The notes beneath the pieces are model-generated. The model searched no databases and was not told the DNA's origin. It saw only the letters and a program-made list of their open reading frames with translations. Source: an uncultured bacterium (GTDB taxonomy: Bacteria; Schekmanbacteria; GWA2-38-11; J061). Taken from it: a stretch of 12,057 nucleotides of DNA. The stretch is from assembly GCA_964549305.1 (NCBI GenBank), contig CAZJVM010000039.1, forward strand, positions 11,936 through 23,992. Reading direction: 5' to 3'. Position 1 is the first letter of the stretch; each line of letters starts with the position of its first letter. Positions 7,825 through 12,057 of the stretch are shown in pieces. The position numbers and the translations under genes were made by a program.

Positions 7825-8385
7825 ATGAATTATAAAATAAAAATAAATATTGTCCTTTTTTTTCCGGCGTTTCTTTTATTGCTGTTGCCGGGAATTTCCT
7901 TTTCCGAAGAGGCGGTCGCGCAAAAAGCGCCTGCCTCCGCGAACATTTCAACAGGCAATGTGGCTCAGAAAAACAATGAAGTCATTGCCAATGCCGAAAA
8001 GGAGAGAAGGTCATACATTTACAATCCCGAAGGTAAAAGAGACCCTTTCAAACCGCCATATCTTGAGAAAAAGAAAAAAGTGGTTTTTACCGAAGAGGGA
8101 GAAGTTATGCTCGAGGGGCTTCAGCAGTATCAGATCAGGTCGCTTAGTCTGAAAGGAATAATAACAAAAGGCAACGAAAGCATTGCAATGATAAAAGCGC
8201 CTGACGGAAGGGTGTATATCATAAAGGATAAATCGAAGATAGGGCCTTCGGGAGTAGTGAGGGAAATAAGGCCTTCGGAAGTGATTATAGAAAATGAAAT
8301 TACAATAAAAGAAGGTGACGAATCCGGAAATATAATAACGAGAAAGGAGAAAAAGGAAGTTAGGATGAAGCTTAAGAGTTCATAA
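7825..8385 (+). CDS. pilP: Type IV pilus assembly protein PilP (no lipobox cysteine)
   Basis: YNPEGKRDPF motif and LQQYQIRSLSLKGII...AMIKAPDG beta-domain. Lies between pilO and pilQ. Confidence 0.88.
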   Translation: MNYKIKINIVLFFPAFLLLLLPGISFSEEAVAQKAPASANISTGNVAQKNNEVIANAEKERRSYIYNPEGKRDPFKPPYLEKKKKVVFTEEGEVMLEGLQQYQIRSLSLKGIITKGNESIAMIKAPDGRVYIIKDKSKIGPSGVVREIRPSEVIIENEITIKEGDESGNIITRKEKKEVRMKLKSS

Positions 8386-8393
8386 TTTAACAA

Positions 8394-8411
8394 CATCAAA
8401 ATGTTTTGATG
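8394..8411. promoter_or_regulatory. Palindrome CATCAAAA-TG-TTTTGATG in the pilP-pilQ gap (possible operator)
   Basis: Perfect 8-bp arms with a 2-bp centre. Function is inferred. Confidence 0.4.
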
Positions 8412-8480
8412 ACAAAATGTTTAATATAAAAGAAAGTGTTTGACGGATGACTTCCAATTCAACACGGGGGTTTAACAGAT

Positions 8481-10391
8481 ATGTTTGTTTATAAAAAAAG
8501 TTCGTTTTTGAGATTATCAATTATTATTGTGCTTTTAGCGGCATTGACAGGATGTTCGGGCGCCGTCAAAAGAGTAAATCAGACTTCATCCGACATTGAA
8601 CCTCAGACAGAATCGGTGGGAAAAGTCATTATAGAAAAAGTGAGTTTTTTCAATACATCGAAATCCACCACGCTCATATTCAAGACATCGGATAAGGTTT
8701 CTTACACAACCTATAGTATGCCCGACCCGGAAAGAATAGTAGTGGAGTTCAATAATTCCCTTCTTTCACCTTCTGTTTCGCCGTCTCTGGCAGTAAACAG
8801 GGGAGTGGTGACGGGAGTTTCCGTGCGCGAGAGCAACGGCGACGAATTCAAGGTGATAGCGGAAATCGAGCTCGTGGAAAAAGCCGGAAATAAAATCGAA
8901 AGAAATTCGAAAGAACTCACTGTTACCGTAGATAATCCTTCCTATGGGGAATCTGATAAACCCGCTGAAGAGGAAGGAGACATCGATATGATAAAGGAAT
9001 CTCTTCAGAAGGATGTTCCGGAATCTAAGCCGGATATACTTTCAACGGAACTTGGAATGGAAAAAAGAACCGATGAGTCCGGGGACAAAAAATTTGCGGG
9101 AGACAAAATTTCAATCGATCTTCAGAATGCAGACGTGGAAGATGTAATACGCCTTATTGCGGAAATAAGCGGAATGAATTTTGTCATTGAAGAGGGCGTA
9201 CGCGGCAAGGTGAATCTTAAGCTTGATAAAATTCCCTGGGATCAGGCGCTTGACCTTCTGCTCAAGATAAACACTCCCCAGCTTGTCCTTATAAAGGAGG
9301 CGGGGGTATACAGAATTATGACCCTTGAGAAGAGCAAGAAAATAAGAAAAGAGAAAGCTGAAGAGGCGCAGGCAAGAAAAGAAGAAAAGGAAGCCGAAGA
9401 AGCTGTTCAACCTCTTGTTACGAAAACAATTCGTTTGAGCTATGCAAAAGCTGGAGATGTGGAAGCCCTTGTCAAGAAGTTTATGTCAAGCAGGGTCAGG
9501 ACAGATGCCCTTCTTACCGTTGACGAGAGGACCAACTCTCTCATAATAAAGGACATCGTCCCTAACGTATCGCAGATTGAAAAGGTCATAGCTCAGCTTG
9601 ACAGACCCACTCCGGAAGTTGAGATAATGGCGAAAATTATTGAAATTGAAGAAGGATACGACCGCGCGTTGGGCATTCAGTGGGGAGCGGACCTTACCAA
9701 AAGCCCCGCAACGGGAAATGCCACGGGACTGGAATTTCCAAGTAATGTGAAAATGCTCGGCACGGTAGCGGATGCAAACAATCCTTCGGCAACAGGAAGG
9801 GATTTTCTCGTAAACCTTCCCATTGCTGACAAGACTACGGGATTGGGGCTCATACTCGGAAATGTTGACAATACCTTCAATCTCGATGTTCAGCTTTCCG
9901 CTCTCGAGAAGGACAACAGGGTGAAGGTTCTTAACAACCCCAAACTTCTCGTAGTTGATAACGAGCTTGCGAAAATACAGGTGGGCGACCAGCTTCCTCA
10001 GGTAACTATCGATGAGCAGGGCAAACAGAGCATAGAATGGAAAGATGTGGGCATAATTCTCGAAGTTACTCCGCAGATTACAGCCGACGGCTCCATTTTT
10101 ATGGATATAAGTCTTGAAAAATCAAGGCAGGGCGCAAATGTTCAGTTAACTACGGGGACACATTATTCGATAGTAAAGACTGAATCGGAAACAAAAGTTC
10201 TGATTAAAAGCGGTGAAACAGCGGTAATCGGAGGACTTACGGAAAAGAGTGACGATTCTTCAAGAAGCGGAATGCCTTTCTTGTCGAAAATACCCGTTTT
10301 GGGTTCACTTTTTAAAAACAAGGTAAGCAATAAAAGCAGTAAGGAGGTACTCATTTTTATTACACCGCGAATTCTTGAACAGTATATGTAA
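8481..10391 (+). CDS. pilQ: Type IV pilus secretin PilQ with a lipoprotein-type signal peptide
   Basis: Probable AMIN domain (MPDPERIVVEF), N0 (FAGDKISIDLQNADV...IPWDQAL), N-domain (LSYAKA, VDERTNSLII, LDRPTPEV) and secretin C-domain (ILEVTPQI, GETAVIGG, PFLSKIPVLGSLFK, LIFITPRI). Confidence 0.96.
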   Translation: MFVYKKSSFLRLSIIIVLLAALTGCSGAVKRVNQTSSDIEPQTESVGKVIIEKVSFFNTSKSTTLIFKTSDKVSYTTYSMPDPERIVVEFNNSLLSPSVSPSLAVNRGVVTGVSVRESNGDEFKVIAEIELVEKAGNKIERNSKELTVTVDNPSYGESDKPAEEEGDIDMIKESLQKDVPESKPDILSTELGMEKRTDESGDKKFAGDKISIDLQNADVEDVIRLIAEISGMNFVIEEGVRGKVNLKLDKIPWDQALDLLLKINTPQLVLIKEAGVYRIMTLEKSKKIRKEKAEEAQARKEEKEAEEAVQPLVTKTIRLSYAKAGDVEALVKKFMSSRVRTDALLTVDERTNSLIIKDIVPNVSQIEKVIAQLDRPTPEVEIMAKIIEIEEGYDRALGIQWGADLTKSPATGNATGLEFPSNVKMLGTVADANNPSATGRDFLVNLPIADKTTGLGLILGNVDNTFNLDVQLSALEKDNRVKVLNNPKLLVVDNELAKIQVGDQLPQVTIDEQGKQSIEWKDVGIILEVTPQITADGSIFMDISLEKSRQGANVQLTTGTHYSIVKTESETKVLIKSGETAVIGGLTEKSDDSSRSGMPFLSKIPVLGSLFKNKVSNKSSKEVLIFITPRILEQYM

Positions 10392-10444
10392 ATAAAAAAA
10401 TGGCTCTCATTAATTCAAAAAACCATAAAGCGGAGATTTTAAAA

Positions 10445-11068
10445 ATGAAATTCAATAAAATTCTGATACTCTTTCTTCTGCTCATTGTCTGCTGTCCCGC
10501 AGTTTCACAAGGCAAGGGCGTTTTGACATATATCACTGTGACCGGAGTCACCGGGGCAGACGAAGGTGATAATGACGAAACAAATGTGGATATTTTCAGA
10601 AACCTCAACTGCGATGATGACGCGACCACTACTGACCCCGAACCCTTTTCCGACCTTAAGGCAACCATTACTCTTGATAACTCCGGACATCCCAATTACG
10701 AAGGCTCCTTTTGGGGTTCCACAAATCAGGATGTGAAGATAACGAGCTACAAGATTCGTTTCAAGAGAAACAGCAGAAAACTTCCAAAGATAAGAACTAT
10801 CAAAAGAAGCACAAGCGCATTGATTGCGAAAGATACGGAAACGGATATTACCATAACCATCCTTCCTAAAAGCAAGAAGCGTTCATTGGCGCGAAAATAT
10901 GTTCTGAAATTCGGTGAAGACCCCAGTGATGATACTGTTGAACCGCGATTTCTTGATTACACGGTAAAAATAAAAATCAGGGGCGAGGAAGTGTACTCTC
11001 ATCATAACAAAGTTAAGACAAAAACAGAACTAACTATGACTCTTACACAAGTCGATAATTGTAACTGA
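10445..11068 (+). CDS. Exported hypothetical protein (207 aa), predicted beta-rich
   Basis: GGAG at 10432-10435 precedes the ATG at 10445, which opens a signal peptide (MKFNKILILFLLLIVCCPAVSQG). The ORF track starts it at 10400. Alternating hydrophobic strands (KATITLD, DITITIL, YTVKIKIRG, ELTMTLT). Confidence 0.8.
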   Translation: MKFNKILILFLLLIVCCPAVSQGKGVLTYITVTGVTGADEGDNDETNVDIFRNLNCDDDATTTDPEPFSDLKATITLDNSGHPNYEGSFWGSTNQDVKITSYKIRFKRNSRKLPKIRTIKRSTSALIAKDTETDITITILPKSKKRSLARKYVLKFGEDPSDDTVEPRFLDYTVKIKIRGEEVYSHHNKVKTKTELTMTLTQVDNCN

Positions 11069-11133
11069 TTTATCGCTTTTGGATGTGAGAGTTTTCCTGC
11101 TTAAAATCAAATATTTACTGCCGGAGGTGTAAG

Positions 11134-12057
11134 ATGAAAGTGAATCATTTTATAAGTTCCAGGAAAGAAGTGCGCCGTTTGCTCCTTTTTTTGACCTGTG
11201 CCATATTTCTAATATTTTCATCGTCGGTGACATTCGCCCAAGTTATGGGCGCAACAGGTGAAAATTCAAAGGCAAACCACAGAAAAGCAAAAAAGAAAAT
11301 CGTTACCACTCTTTCGGTTAAATCCGATGTGACGACTATTCCTGCCGATGGCGCCACAAGCGCGAGCATAACTGCTACAGTAAAGAATAAAAAAGGCAAG
11401 CCCGTAAAGGGGGCGAAAATAAAATTTATTGTCAAGGTGGGCAAGGCAACTCTTTCGTCTTCCACTGCGAAAACAGGAAGCAACGGGAAAGCCACTGTCA
11501 CTGCCACAAGCACAAAAACAGGCAACTTATGGATTCAGGCAAAAACAAAGAATATCAGACCTTCGAGGAAAAGACTGCTGAAAATTACCGTTACCGAATC
11601 ATCGGGAGGCGGTGGAGGAGGAGGTGCTGCTAATATTTCACTCAGTGCCAATCAATCGACAATAGGCAATGATGGAGCAAGTACCGCAACCTTTACGGCA
11701 GAGTTGGTTAACAGCGACAACAATGCTATGCCCGGTGAAACGATAAAGTTTAAAACCGACCACGGCAAGATAACGCCCTCCTCGGTGACTGACTCATCGG
11801 GTTTTGCCACTGCTACACTCACAAGCGAATCTACTTATACGGGCACTATAACAGTAACCGCGACTTTTGACGCGAGCACCAAGGCAACGGCAACGATAAC
11901 GTCTGTTGACTCAGGCCAGAGCACAAACTTCACCATCGCTACGGACAAAAATGTCATTTCTGCCGACGGCACAAGCACGGCAATAATCAGTGCGCAGTTG
12001 AAAAACGAAAAGAACAATCCCATCGTCGGGGCAAGCGTTTTTTTCAGCGCTAAAAAC
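11134..12057 (+). CDS. Secreted invasin/intimin-type Ig-like (Big_1) repeat protein, 3'-truncated by the window
   Basis: RBS GGAGG at 11123-11127, ATG at 11134, 308 open codons to the window end. Signal peptide MKVNHFISSRKEVRRLLLFLTCAIFLIFSSSVTFA|Q. Three Big_1-like repeats: IPADGATSASITATVKNKKGKPVKGAKIKF, IGNDGASTATFTAELVNSDNNAMPGETIKF and ISADGTSTAIISAQLKNEKNNPIVGASVFF. Confidence 0.9.
   Translation, partial: MKVNHFISSRKEVRRLLLFLTCAIFLIFSSSVTFAQVMGATGENSKANHRKAKKKIVTTLSVKSDVTTIPADGATSASITATVKNKKGKPVKGAKIKFIVKVGKATLSSSTAKTGSNGKATVTATSTKTGNLWIQAKTKNIRPSRKRLLKITVTESSGGGGGGGAANISLSANQSTIGNDGASTATFTAELVNSDNNAMPGETIKFKTDHGKITPSSVTDSSGFATATLTSESTYTGTITVTATFDASTKATATITSVDSGQSTNFTIATDKNVISADGTSTAIISAQLKNEKNNPIVGASVFFSAKN

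Noticed and set aside
10400-10444. Upstream ATG at 10400 as the start of the hypothetical gene
   Set aside because: No RBS before it. The ATG at 10445 has GGAG upstream and begins a canonical signal peptide.
10445-11068. Minor pilin
   Set aside because: No class III signal (Gly followed by a hydrophobic helix with Glu at +5). The leader is a Sec-type peptide.
358-12023. Antisense and overlapping ORFs (e.g. 358..771, 1742..2272, 2603..3088, 6284..6664, 7850..8152, 10360..10695, 11145..11525, 11835..12023)
   Set aside because: They overlap well-supported genes and have no recognisable motifs. The last two are antisense shadows of the Big_1 gene.

Overview
Bacterial chromosomal window with AT-rich intergenic regions and no mobile-element, CRISPR or RNA genes. 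The PilP/PilQ features look like those of deltaproteobacteria-like diderms (inference). Gene order: the 3' end of a gene with a very His/acid-rich, internally duplicated metal-binding tail (missed by the ORF track); an M20D amidohydrolase; uppP; cysK; a left-handed beta-helix acyltransferase; a convergent LOG-family gene; and, divergent from LOG behind a perfect TTGACA-N18-TATAAT promoter, a type IV pilus pilMNOPQ operon. The operon continues into two exported-protein genes: a hypothetical beta-rich protein and an invasin/intimin-type Big_1 Ig-repeat protein. The Big_1 gene runs off the window and was also missed by the ORF track. Most notable points: (i) PilP has no cysteine while PilQ carries a lipobox; (ii) there is a post-pilQ surface module whose first Ig domain is strongly cationic; (iii) an exact 17-bp motif is shared by the cysK and LOG/pilM upstream regions, each copy next to an IHF-consensus site.
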